Shown: positions 7,823 to 16,725 of the stretch, in pieces
How positions within the stretch are numbered: position 1 is the first letter of the stretch
Layout: every line of letters begins with the position of its first letter
DNA from: a virus
IMG/VR virus record: IMGVR_UViG_3300045988_015578
Coordinates: 1-45,899 of that record
Direction: 5' to 3' (one strand)
DNA length: 45,899 nucleotides
Notes under the pieces: generated by a model
Database searches by the model: none
Seen by the model: only the letters and a program-made list of their open reading frames with translations
What the model was told of the DNA's origin: nothing
Made by a program: the position numbers and the translations under genes

Positions 7823-9445
7823 ATGGACTTAACGCCTAAACAGAAAGCGTTTGCAGATGAATATATCAAGAATGGCGGAAATGCATCTGATGCCGCGAGG
7901 AAAGCCGGATACGCACCTAAGAGCGCTGATGTAATAGGGCGCGAGAACTTACGGAAACCTACGATTTCTGCATATATAGCCGAAAAACAGTCTCTCATCG
8001 AAAAACAAAAAGGCACTGACATCATGTCACTGGCAGAAATTCAGCAACGCCGTTCTATGATCGCAAGAGGTGAGCTGACTGATTCATTCGGATTCGCCCC
8101 GGACTTCTCCGACCAGCTGAAATCTATGAATGATCTGGAAAAGGCATTAAAAATTAAACAAGAGCAGGAAGAAAAGAAAGCAGCAGAGGAAGCTGCTAGA
8201 AATGCGAAGCCGTACCACATGGACCTGTACAACATTCCTGATTGCTTTCACCGGGCTATTAGAGATATTCGAGATAAGGAACATCTGGAGTATGTATTTA
8301 AGGGCGGACGTGGCTCCACGAAATCAACCACTGTTGGAATGACAATTGTGGAGCTGATGAAAAACAACCATGATATTCATGCAGTTGTTTGCCGTAAGGT
8401 CGGGAACACCATTAAAGATTCTGTGTATAACAAAATCAAATGGGCTATTGGAAAGCAGGAATTTACAGAAGAATTCGATTCTAAGTTATCACCTATGGAG
8501 ATTACGCTAAAAGCAACCGGACAAAAGATATACTTCCGTGGTGCTGATGACCCTGACAAAATTAAATCTATCAACCCTGAGTTCGGCTATATCGGCATTC
8601 TCTGGTTCGAGGAATTAGATCAGTTCGCAGGTACTGAGGAAATTCGTAAGATTGAGCAGTCTGCGATTCGTGGCGGCAACCTTGCATGGATATTTAAGAG
8701 CTTCAATCCGCCAAAAACAATGAATAACTGGGCTAATAAGTATGTTCTTGAACCGAAAGAGAACAGAATAGTTCATTCATCAACTTACTTGGACGTGCCA
8801 AAAGGATGGCTGGGGCAGCCATTTATTGACGAAGCAGAGCATCTGAAAGAAGTCAATCCAAACGCTTACGAACATGAATATATGGGAATTGCGAATGGAA
8901 ACGGCGGTAATGTATTTGAATATTTGGAAATCAGAGATATTACAGATGAAGAAATCAGTCACATGGACAAAATATTTCAGGGGTGTGACTGGGGATTTTT
9001 CCCTGATCCGTATGCTTTTATTCGTTTGTATTACAATCATAACACTGAAAAGATATATCTCATTGATGAAATTTACGAAAATAAATGGAGTAATAGGAAA
9101 TCAGCAGACGAGATTCTAAAAAGAAAATATGATGATTATACTATTACTTGCGATTCTGCGGAACCTAAATCAATCAATGATTATAGAGACTTTGGACTTC
9201 CAGCAAGGGGCGCAATAAAAGGGCCTGGAAGTGTGGAGTATTCTATGAAATGGCTTCAGACAAGGACTATCGTTATTGACCCCAAAAGAACGCCTAATGC
9301 TTACAAAGAGTTTTCAGAGTACGAATATGAAAGAGACAAAGATGGAAACGTTATAAGTGGATATCCTGACGAGAACAACCATTTAGTCGATGCCTGCAGA
9401 TACGCAACAGAATCATTGTGGAGAAGAAGGGGTAACAATGCATAA
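7823..9445 (+). CDS. terL: terminase: small-subunit-like HTH domain fused to a PBSX-type large subunit
   Basis: The N-terminal ~130 aa (LTPKQKAFADEYIKNGGNASDAARKAGY) look like a Terminase_2-type TerS. The rest has Walker A GGRGSTKS and PBSX-like TerL motifs. There is no stop between the two parts. Confidence 0.85.
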   Translation: MDLTPKQKAFADEYIKNGGNASDAARKAGYAPKSADVIGRENLRKPTISAYIAEKQSLIEKQKGTDIMSLAEIQQRRSMIARGELTDSFGFAPDFSDQLKSMNDLEKALKIKQEQEEKKAAEEAARNAKPYHMDLYNIPDCFHRAIRDIRDKEHLEYVFKGGRGSTKSTTVGMTIVELMKNNHDIHAVVCRKVGNTIKDSVYNKIKWAIGKQEFTEEFDSKLSPMEITLKATGQKIYFRGADDPDKIKSINPEFGYIGILWFEELDQFAGTEEIRKIEQSAIRGGNLAWIFKSFNPPKTMNNWANKYVLEPKENRIVHSSTYLDVPKGWLGQPFIDEAEHLKEVNPNAYEHEYMGIANGNGGNVFEYLEIRDITDEEISHMDKIFQGCDWGFFPDPYAFIRLYYNHNTEKIYLIDEIYENKWSNRKSADEILKRKYDDYTITCDSAEPKSINDYRDFGLPARGAIKGPGSVEYSMKWLQTRTIVIDPKRTPNAYKEFSEYEYERDKDGNVISGYPDENNHLVDACRYATESLWRRRGNNA

Positions 9446-10890
9446 TGGGACTTATAACAACACTAAAAAGGTGGTTTAACATGATATTCAAAAAACAAGC
9501 CGAAGAGGACTTCAACATCCAGGCAGCAGAATTTCCAGAGATGGAATCACTGATTAACCGGTGCGCGAACATCTACAGAGGTATGCCGGAATGGTTAGAT
9601 GATAAGAATAATATCAAGACGATTAATTTTGCTAAATCTGTCTGCTCAGAGACAGCTCGGCTCGCAACACTGGCGATCGGAATTCAGATTGACGGCTCTG
9701 CAAGGGCAGCATGGCTACAGGAGCAGATCGATAAAGTATATTTCCAGATTCGGCACTGGGTGGAATATGGCTGCGCTTACGGAACGGTGTTCATTAAGCC
9801 GAACGGCGAGAGCCTTGACGTATTCACTCCGGCAGATGTGATTATTGTTGATTACGATAATCAGGAAATCAAAGGGATTATATTTAAAGATTCGTATACA
9901 GTTGGACGAAAATACTACACACGGCTTGAATATCATAGATTTGCTGAGATTACAATAGATGGCGTAACAACTTATCCGTACTATGTTTCCAACAGAGCTT
10001 ATGTATCAAAATCTCCTCAAAGCATCGGAAACAAGATTGACCTTAAACAGACCAAATGGGCTGAACTCATGGCAGACACGCCGCCGATTCTCAAGGCAAA
10101 CGGTGAGAAACTGGACGGACCTCTGTACGGAGTACTGCGGACACCACAGGCGAATAACGTGGATATCAGTACACCACTTGGACTTCCAATATTCGCAGAA
10201 GCTATCGAAGAGCTGAAAGATCTCGACATTGCATATAGCCGTAATGCCGGAGAGATTTTCGATTCTCAGAAGATTGTCCTGGCAGATGATAGACTGCTGA
10301 TGCCAAGCGGTGCACCTGTATCAGCTATGTCGCCACAGGGTATGGAGAACAGACGTAATGAGATGAACTTACCGCACTTTGTCAAGAATGTATTCGGACA
10401 GGTTGAGAAAGAGTTCTATCAGGAAATCAATCCGGTTCTCAACACAGATACCCGTATAAGCGGCATAAATGCCCTTTTAAGCCAGTTAGGGTACAAGATT
10501 GGATTCTCCAACGGGTACTTTGTTTTTAACGAATCTAGCGGCATTCAGACAGCTACAGGAGTAGAAGCAGAACAGCAGAGGACAGTGCAGTTCGTCAAGG
10601 ATGTAAGGGATAAGTTGGAGTCTTGCCTAGATGAAGTTATTTACGCATTGAACGTTTACGCTGATCTGTACGGGCTTGCACCGGTTGGGGCTTATGAAGT
10701 AAATTACGACTTTGGCGATATCCTATATGTGCGTGAAAACGACCGTGCAAGATGGTGGCAGTATGTGACGACTGGAAAGGTTCCGGCATGGATGTACTTC
10801 GTGAAATTCGAGGGAATGACCGAGGAAGAAGCTAAGGCAATGGTTGAAGAAGCCCAGCCAGACGAACCAAAACTGTTTGGAGATGAGTAA
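9445..10890 (+). CDS. portal protein (SPP1 gp6-like)
   Basis: 481 aa, immediately after the terminase, with the acidic C-terminus typical of portals. Confidence 0.8.
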   Translation: MGLITTLKRWFNMIFKKQAEEDFNIQAAEFPEMESLINRCANIYRGMPEWLDDKNNIKTINFAKSVCSETARLATLAIGIQIDGSARAAWLQEQIDKVYFQIRHWVEYGCAYGTVFIKPNGESLDVFTPADVIIVDYDNQEIKGIIFKDSYTVGRKYYTRLEYHRFAEITIDGVTTYPYYVSNRAYVSKSPQSIGNKIDLKQTKWAELMADTPPILKANGEKLDGPLYGVLRTPQANNVDISTPLGLPIFAEAIEELKDLDIAYSRNAGEIFDSQKIVLADDRLLMPSGAPVSAMSPQGMENRRNEMNLPHFVKNVFGQVEKEFYQEINPVLNTDTRISGINALLSQLGYKIGFSNGYFVFNESSGIQTATGVEAEQQRTVQFVKDVRDKLESCLDEVIYALNVYADLYGLAPVGAYEVNYDFGDILYVRENDRARWWQYVTTGKVPAWMYFVKFEGMTEEEAKAMVEEAQPDEPKLFGDE

Positions 10891-10892
10891 TT

Positions 10893-12122
10893 ATGTTAAG
10901 CCCAGAATATTTACGCCGGATAACAGAGGGCAGTGAACAGATTGCGGAAGAACTGCATCAGTATATCATATCCGAGATCGTGTCTCGAATGATGGCAAGA
11001 ATCGGCAGAGGTGAGGATTATATTCTGACCAATGCTGATGCATGGAGAATCAGAACACTACAGGAATCCGGTGAGTTGCTAGAGGATATTCTGGCAGAAT
11101 TATCCAAATACACCAAACGCGAACAGCAAGAACTTCTTGAAGCGTTTGAAGATGCTGGAATCACTGCAATGAACTATGATGATAAAGTATACAAGGCGGC
11201 AGGATTAAGCCCTGTGCCGCTCGAACAGTCTCCAGCTATGATAAGGCTCATGGAACGGAATATGCTTGCGACCATGGGTGAGTGGAAGAACTTTACACGA
11301 ACCACCGCAAGTGCCGCTCAGAGGCTCTATATTGAGCAATGCGACCTTGCCTATAATCATGTAATGACTGGGGCGGTTGGGTATACACAAGCCATCAAAG
11401 AGGCGGTTAATAACGTTGTGAGTGATGGTGTTACGGTCACATATCCATCCGGCAGGCGTGACACTATCGAAACAGCAGTCGCACGTTCTGTCAGAACTGG
11501 AGTGGCACAGGCTACAGGAGATATATCCCTAAAACGCATGGAAGAAATGGACTGGGATTTAGTTCTAGTCAGTGCCCACATGGGAGCCAGAACGGGCGAT
11601 GGCGGCGAGAATCCGGGTAATCACTCATGGTGGCAAGGCAAGATATACTCTCGTTCTGGCAAGAGTAAGAAATTTCCACCGTTCTCATTGACCGGATATG
11701 GAACGGCAAGCGGACTATCAGGTGTAAACTGTCGACATAGCTTTGGAGCCAGTGACGGAGAATTTAATCCTTATGCGGAATTGTCAGCGCAGGATAAAGC
11801 CAACAAAGGTAAACAATACGAAAAAGAACAGCGGCAACGCACTTATGAGCGAAGAATCCGCAAGACGAAGCGTGAAGTTCTCGGAATGCAAGCGGCGGTT
11901 GATAACTGTAAGGACGAACAGACAAGATTTGTACTCCAACAAGACCTTGACCGGAAGTCTTATCTTTTGCAGAAACAAAATGCTGTATACAAAGATTACT
12001 GCAAAGACAATGATCTAAGAGAACTGCAAGACCGGCTCATGATAGCCAAGTGGAATCGTCAGAACGCCGCAAAAGCCAGAGGAGCGGCAAAACGATATAA
12101 GACAGCAAAGGGGATTGACTGA
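10893..12122 (+). CDS. minor head / head-morphogenesis protein (Mu F / SPP1 gp7 family)
   Basis: Its position after the portal and the motifs SAHMGARTGDGGENPGNHSWWQGK and NCRHSF. Confidence 0.8.
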   Translation: MLSPEYLRRITEGSEQIAEELHQYIISEIVSRMMARIGRGEDYILTNADAWRIRTLQESGELLEDILAELSKYTKREQQELLEAFEDAGITAMNYDDKVYKAAGLSPVPLEQSPAMIRLMERNMLATMGEWKNFTRTTASAAQRLYIEQCDLAYNHVMTGAVGYTQAIKEAVNNVVSDGVTVTYPSGRRDTIETAVARSVRTGVAQATGDISLKRMEEMDWDLVLVSAHMGARTGDGGENPGNHSWWQGKIYSRSGKSKKFPPFSLTGYGTASGLSGVNCRHSFGASDGEFNPYAELSAQDKANKGKQYEKEQRQRTYERRIRKTKREVLGMQAAVDNCKDEQTRFVLQQDLDRKSYLLQKQNAVYKDYCKDNDLRELQDRLMIAKWNRQNAAKARGAAKRYKTAKGID

Positions 12123-12505
12123 TGGACAGATGGGAATATTATAATCCGAATCCTGCTGGGAATCGAGTCGGAGATTGTGCTGTCCGGGCAATATGCAAAG
12201 CAACCGGCTTTGATTGGGAAACGGTATTTACCGGACTGATGGTGCAGGCGTGCGCGCTGTCAGATATGCCGAGTGCAAATTATGTCTGGGGAGCGTATCT
12301 CTACAAGCATGGATACAGGCGCAAACTGATAGAACAGTCAGAACGATATATCTATACAGTCAACGACTTTTGCACAGACCATCCGACAGGCACGTACATT
12401 CTCTGCATAGATGGCCATGTGGTGACAGTACAAGATGGTAAATATTATGATACATGGAATAGCGGAAACGAAATACCGATTTATTATTGGGAAAAAAATG
12501 GATAA
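12122..12505 (+). CDS. conserved phage protein, possible papain-like Cys/His peptidase fold
   Basis: The pattern GDCAVRAI...GHVVTV...DTWNSG suggests a Cys-His-Asp/Asn arrangement. The fold assignment is inference. Confidence 0.55.
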   Translation: MDRWEYYNPNPAGNRVGDCAVRAICKATGFDWETVFTGLMVQACALSDMPSANYVWGAYLYKHGYRRKLIEQSERYIYTVNDFCTDHPTGTYILCIDGHVVTVQDGKYYDTWNSGNEIPIYYWEKNG

Positions 12506-12515
12506 ATATCCACTA

Positions 12516-13070
12516 TTATGTTTTATTGTATTTCCACACAAAACCTTTGTGAGTTCGACGTTCACCACGACAGCAACGACTGATGCTATCTTTTCGACCG
12601 TTTACGTGGTCTGCGGCATCTTCTGCGCAACTCCACTCAGCGATAAAATGATTGTTTAAGTCATATTGATAAACAACTTTTGCTCTTGGACTGTTTCCTC
12701 TCTTATAATTTCCATGAGGAGGGACAGAAGCGGAGCGCAATCCTGTATTTATTGCATGAAAAGTGTTTTCTTGTTTCGTGACCCATTCAAGATTATCAAC
12801 AGTATTGTTTTTCTTGTTCCCGTCAATATGATTCACTACTTCTTTTTGTTCCACGTTCGGAATAAATGCCTCTGCAACAAGGCGGTGAACGAGATAGTTC
12901 TTACGTTTGTAATTAACAACAAGTGTTACTCTATCGTAACCATCGTTTTCAAAAGGAGTCAAATACTTGCATCCTTTATTGTAATTTCTCCTTGCACTAA
13001 TAATATTGCCAAGATTGCTTATTTTGTATAATCCTTCATAACCGACAACATCTTTCCAAATTTCTTGCAT
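12516..13070 (-). CDS. HNH homing endonuclease (NUMOD4 + HNH_3 type)
   Basis: WKDVVGYEGLYKISNLGNI is NUMOD4-like and VNHIDGNKKNNTVDNLEW is an HNH motif. The gene is free-standing on the opposite strand. Confidence 0.85.
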   Translation of the reverse strand: MQEIWKDVVGYEGLYKISNLGNIISARRNYNKGCKYLTPFENDGYDRVTLVVNYKRKNYLVHRLVAEAFIPNVEQKEVVNHIDGNKKNNTVDNLEWVTKQENTFHAINTGLRSASVPPHGNYKRGNSPRAKVVYQYDLNNHFIAEWSCAEDAADHVNGRKDSISRCCRGERRTHKGFVWKYNKT

Positions 13071-13213
13071 AAAAATAACACCTGTCCTTTCAGTGTGCGT
13101 GTCCTATTGATAAATGTACGGAAATCTCTAGGACATGAGACTTTCGGGAGCTACCCTATCCGTACACAAATATTATATCACAAATCAATGAAATATTAAA
13201 GAGGTATATCAAT

Positions 13214-13519
13214 ATGCATATTATTGAAGCAATACAAACAATTCTATCAATTTGTGGTGGCATTTCTATCATAGGAGGGGCAGCAGCTGTAATCCTTAAG
13301 TGGATTGCTCCGGCATTCCGACTCAACAAGCGAGTTGAGACACTGGAAGAACATGATAAGCGAGATTACGAGAGCCTTCAGAGGATTGCAGAGCGTGATT
13401 CATTGATTCTGGAAGTGTTGTCAACCATGTTAGACAGCCAGATCAGTGGGAATAATGTTGAGGAATTAAAAAAAACAAAACAGAAGCTTACAAATTATCT
13501 TGCGCAGAATCAACGTTAG
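13214..13519 (+). CDS. single-pass membrane protein with a coiled coil (BhlA/UviB-like architecture)
   Basis: An N-terminal TM helix (ILSICGGISIIGGAAAVILKWI) is followed by a charged helical region. Confidence 0.55.
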   Translation: MHIIEAIQTILSICGGISIIGGAAAVILKWIAPAFRLNKRVETLEEHDKRDYESLQRIAERDSLILEVLSTMLDSQISGNNVEELKKTKQKLTNYLAQNQR

Positions 13520-13539
13520 CATTAATAAGGGGTATGCTC

Positions 13540-13740
13540 ATGAAATTATATGTGTTCACAAAGAAAGATATAGACAGGTTCTTGATAGAGTGTAATTTCA
13601 CACCAGACGAAGAAAGACTGTTCCGGTTGAGATGCCAGGAGCGCACTCTTGAATACTGCGCTGAACAGATGAACGTGAGTATATCCACGGCGAAACGATT
13701 AAGCCGGAGGGTGAACAATAAAATAATCAAAGTGTGCTAA
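13540..13740 (+). CDS. small sigma-70 region-4-like HTH protein
   Basis: LFRLRCQERTLEYCAEQMNVSISTAKRLSRRVNNKI matches the sigma region-4 HTH pattern. The AAGGGG RBS favours ATG 13540. Confidence 0.55.
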   Translation: MKLYVFTKKDIDRFLIECNFTPDEERLFRLRCQERTLEYCAEQMNVSISTAKRLSRRVNNKIIKVC

Positions 13741-13770
13741 AAGGAGAGGCAATTTGCCCCTCCTTCTTTT
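13741..13770. terminator. bidirectional terminator between convergent genes
   Basis: Stem aaggagaggc/gcccctcctt (one mismatch) with T-runs on both strands. Confidence 0.65.
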
Positions 13771-14503
13771 ATACAAAATCTTCTTTTACAACTCTCTCGA
13801 GAAGATTGACTACATACTCTGGAGGATTGCGTTTACCACCCTCCCAGTTCTCAATACTCCTTTTAGGAATACCATATTTTTCAGAAAAAGCTTGCTGTGT
13901 AAGTCCAGATAACGTTCTGATTTTGTGAAAATCAAGAGGATCTGAAGAAACTTTTTTAGGAAACACATCCTCTTCCTTTACCTGATATGTGAAGAATCCC
14001 ATCGAGGATGGAAAAATTCTAAAATAAAATTTTTCATCGTCATCTTCTTCTATCCAGGTTTGCTGTAAAAATATTTTCGGACACCATTCATCTAATGCAA
14101 ACTTTTCATCTGAATCAGAGTAAACAACATAAGAACATAAATTTCCCGTATCTGATTTCATTCTCTTCATTTCGTTATAGATGAATCTAGTCCTGGCATA
14201 TCTGACTATGCTATACGCTTGTTCTGTTCTGAGTTCTGGGAATAAAGCTTCGATTTGTTTATAAATCTTATTCCACAGACATGCATGGTGTTTACTATCT
14301 AATTCAACTGGTATGTCGATATAACCGCTGCTACGAACTGACAAAAATCGGTACACTACATCAATTATCTCCTGATTTCTAACCGGAGGAATTAATTCTG
14401 TATCATCTGGAAAATCAAATGGCAAAAGGTTTGATTTTTCCTGATTCTCGAGATCATGTTTTACCATGCTCAAGAACTCCTTATATCCGTATTCTTTCAG
14501 CAT
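13769..14503 (-). CDS. protein with a C-terminal XRE-type HTH and an unknown ~190-aa N-terminal domain
   Basis: C-terminus reads IRTLSGLTQQAFSEKYGIPKRSIENWEGGKRNPPEYVVNLL. A GGAGGT RBS inside the upstream gene indicates translational coupling. Confidence 0.75.
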   Translation of the reverse strand: MLKEYGYKEFLSMVKHDLENQEKSNLLPFDFPDDTELIPPVRNQEIIDVVYRFLSVRSSGYIDIPVELDSKHHACLWNKIYKQIEALFPELRTEQAYSIVRYARTRFIYNEMKRMKSDTGNLCSYVVYSDSDEKFALDEWCPKIFLQQTWIEEDDDEKFYFRIFPSSMGFFTYQVKEEDVFPKKVSSDPLDFHKIRTLSGLTQQAFSEKYGIPKRSIENWEGGKRNPPEYVVNLLERVVKEDFV

Positions 14504-14504
14504 C

Positions 14505-14948
14505 TTATTTTACCTCCATCTTTTCTTTGTAATCATTCAGAGCTTCCTTGAATTTTCTTTCGCAAATATTGTTTTCACAATCAATATCACTATTTAACTC
14601 AACGTCTAATTCTCTTGGACTGTAAGCACGATAACGGTTTTCAATAAACCATTTTGCTTCTTTGATCTCATAAATAGTTTCCATGGCTTTTTTCATGCGC
14701 TCCGGCATTTTTTTTCTGCCTTTAGATTCATGAAAATTAATGCAACTGTTTCCATACTCGATCATCTTCTTACGGATATCCTCAGCCCAGGCAATCTGTT
14801 TTGGGCTGCCAACCAGTTCTGGTAATTCTTTACACATATCTTTTGCTTCCTTCCATGCTTTCTTGAGACCGGAGGAAATTGTCATTGCAGATTTCTTAAC
14901 CAGCTCCCATGCTCTTTTCATTATTACTGATAAATTATATTTCTTCAT
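14505..14948 (-). CDS. helical K/E-rich protein of unknown function (147 aa)
   Basis: AAGGAGG lies 7 nt upstream of ATG 14948. The track start 15113 runs into the promoter region. Confidence 0.7.
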   Translation of the reverse strand: MKKYNLSVIMKRAWELVKKSAMTISSGLKKAWKEAKDMCKELPELVGSPKQIAWAEDIRKKMIEYGNSCINFHESKGRKKMPERMKKAMETIYEIKEAKWFIENRYRAYSPRELDVELNSDIDCENNICERKFKEALNDYKEKMEVK

Positions 14949-14990
14949 GTCTTTTTCCTCCTTAGATTCCTTGTTCCTCTTTCTGATATT

Positions 14991-15019
14991 ATAATACCAC
15001 TCAACGGGTGATATGTCAA
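14991..15019 (-). promoter_or_regulatory. near-consensus sigma-A promoter for the antisense two-gene operon
   Basis: On the - strand: TTGACA, a 17-nt spacer, then TATTAT. Two CAAAAAAGT repeats lie upstream. Confidence 0.7.
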
Positions 15020-15096
15020 CACTTTTTTGATACTTTTTTGAACTTCTTGGATTAATACTTATGTGTAAAAATATAATCAGAAAGGTGGTGTGTAAG

Positions 15097-15567
15097 ATGG
15101 CATTATATAACAATCCTTATCAATATAGTTTTGGTGTTCCGGGACAGATGAATCAATTTCAGCAACAGCCTGTCCAGATGCCAGCTCAACCAGTGCAGCA
15201 ACCCCAGCAAAATAATAATGGTATCCTGTGGGTCTCCGGTGAAGTAGGCGCAAAATCCTATCTGGTAGCACCTGGAACAAGTGTTTTACTGATGGATTCA
15301 GAGAGTGAAAAGTTCTACATAAAATCCACAGATGTTTCTGGTATGCCACAGCCGTTACGGACGTTTGAGTATCATGAAGTAGGCACTCAGATGCCGCCTA
15401 AACAGCCTGTTCAGAACATGGACAGTAAATACGTCACCAGACAGGAATACGACGATTTAAAGGGCAAATACGAAGCTATCATAAACCGATTAAATTCTTT
15501 TTCTGAGCCTGTTAGGGCTAATACCGCACAGGAATCAGCGACCAAGGGAGGAAACGCAGATGAGTAA
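15097..15567 (+). CDS. Q/P/N-rich N-terminus plus a conserved beta-rich core; unknown function (cassette gene A)
   Basis: AAAGGTGG RBS. N-terminus reads NNPYQYSFGVPGQMNQFQQQPVQMPAQPVQQPQQNNN. Confidence 0.7.
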   Translation: MALYNNPYQYSFGVPGQMNQFQQQPVQMPAQPVQQPQQNNNGILWVSGEVGAKSYLVAPGTSVLLMDSESEKFYIKSTDVSGMPQPLRTFEYHEVGTQMPPKQPVQNMDSKYVTRQEYDDLKGKYEAIINRLNSFSEPVRANTAQESATKGGNADE

Positions 15568-15781
15568 TCCATTATTTAACGCGCTTGGCGGTGGGATGCC
15601 GCAGGGAAATGGGCCAATGCAGATGATACAACAATTTATGCAGTTTAAACAGAATTTTAAGGGAGACCCGAAAGCAGAAGTTGAGAAGATGTTACAATCT
15701 GGGAAGATTTCCCAACAGCAGCTTAACCAGGTTCAGCAAATGGCAGGGCAATTCCAGCACATGCTGAAAGGAATGAAATAG
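15560..15781 (+). CDS. small Q-rich protein (cassette gene B)
   Basis: Its ATG overlaps the stop of gene A. Sequence includes MQMIQQFMQFKQNF...QQQLNQVQQMAGQFQ. Confidence 0.65.
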   Translation: MSNPLFNALGGGMPQGNGPMQMIQQFMQFKQNFKGDPKAEVEKMLQSGKISQQQLNQVQQMAGQFQHMLKGMK

Positions 15782-15834
15782 TACATTACAATCTGGCCAG
15801 ATTGATGTAAATATACAAAAAGGAGATTATAACT

Positions 15835-16614
15835 ATGGATGGAAATTATAGTTTAGCAGATATTGCCGCTGCTACTGGAAACGGTAGAAATAATGACGGC
15901 ATGTTTGGTGGAGATGGTAGCTGGTGGATTATTGTTTTATTCATTTTTGCTTTCTTCGGATGGGGAAACAACGGCTGGGGCAATAATGGAAACGGCGGCG
16001 GATATGTAGCCACAGCAGCTACTCAGGCAGACATTCAGAGAGGATTTGACAACTCCGCAGTGATCAGCAAGCTTGACGGAATCAATAGTGGTCTGTGTGA
16101 TGGCTTCTATGCCATGAATAATGGTATGCTTACCGGATTCAATGGAATCAACACAAACATCATGCAGACTGGCTTCGGTATCCAGCAGGCTATTAATGCT
16201 GACACTGTAGCTAATATGCAGAATACCAATGCGCTCCAGGCACAGCTTGCAAACTGCTGCTGTGAAACAAGGGAAGCAATCCAGGGTGTAAACTACAATA
16301 TGGCACAGAATACCTGTGCATTGCAGAACACCATGAACAGCAACACAAGAGATATTATCGACAGCCAGAATGCAGGGACAAGAGCGATTCTTGACTATCT
16401 CTGCAATGAAAAGATTTCTAACTTGCAGGCTGAAAACAATGACCTCAGACGTGCTGCATCTCAGGATCGCCAGAGTGCACTTCTCACAACTGCAATGGCT
16501 TCACAGACACAGCAGCTTATTAATGCGATTAATCCGGCACCGATTCCGGCATATCAGGTTCCTAACCCGAACACATATTACGGATGCGGATGCAACACCG
16601 GATGTAATTGTTAA
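15835..16614 (+). CDS. G/N/W-rich membrane-anchored protein with a Cys-rich C-terminus (cassette gene C)
   Basis: AAAGGAG RBS. Features: a WWIIVLFIFAFFGWGNNGWGNNGNGGG segment, an internal CCCE, and the C-terminus YYGCGCNTGCNC. Confidence 0.7.
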   Translation: MDGNYSLADIAAATGNGRNNDGMFGGDGSWWIIVLFIFAFFGWGNNGWGNNGNGGGYVATAATQADIQRGFDNSAVISKLDGINSGLCDGFYAMNNGMLTGFNGINTNIMQTGFGIQQAINADTVANMQNTNALQAQLANCCCETREAIQGVNYNMAQNTCALQNTMNSNTRDIIDSQNAGTRAILDYLCNEKISNLQAENNDLRRAASQDRQSALLTTAMASQTQQLINAINPAPIPAYQVPNPNTYYGCGCNTGCNC

Positions 16615-16678
16615 CAACTTCATATCGAGAGTATCTTTCGATTGATTTCGGATGTCGGCTTATGCCGTATTACACAGA

Positions 16679-16703
16679 GGGGCAGGCTGAGACCTGTCCT
16701 TTT
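16679..16703 (+). terminator. rho-independent terminator after cassette gene C
   Basis: Stem gggcagg/cctgtcc (one G.U pair) followed by TTTT. Confidence 0.55.
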
Positions 16704-16725
16704 GTGATATGAAAGGAGTATTTTT

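Noticed and set aside
12435-13031. Plus-strand ORFs 12435..12659 and 12666..13031, opposite the HNH endonuclease
   Set aside because: The minus-strand product has unmistakable NUMOD4 and HNH motifs. The plus-strand ORFs lack RBSs.
15010-15045. A possible third copy of the late-promoter motif (ATGTCAACACTTTTTTGATACTTT resembles ATGTACCACAACTTTTTGGATACTTT)
   Set aside because: The similarity is better explained as the -35 (TTGACA) and upstream A-tract repeats of the minus-strand promoter. The spacing to any plus-strand -10 element does not match copies 1 and 2.
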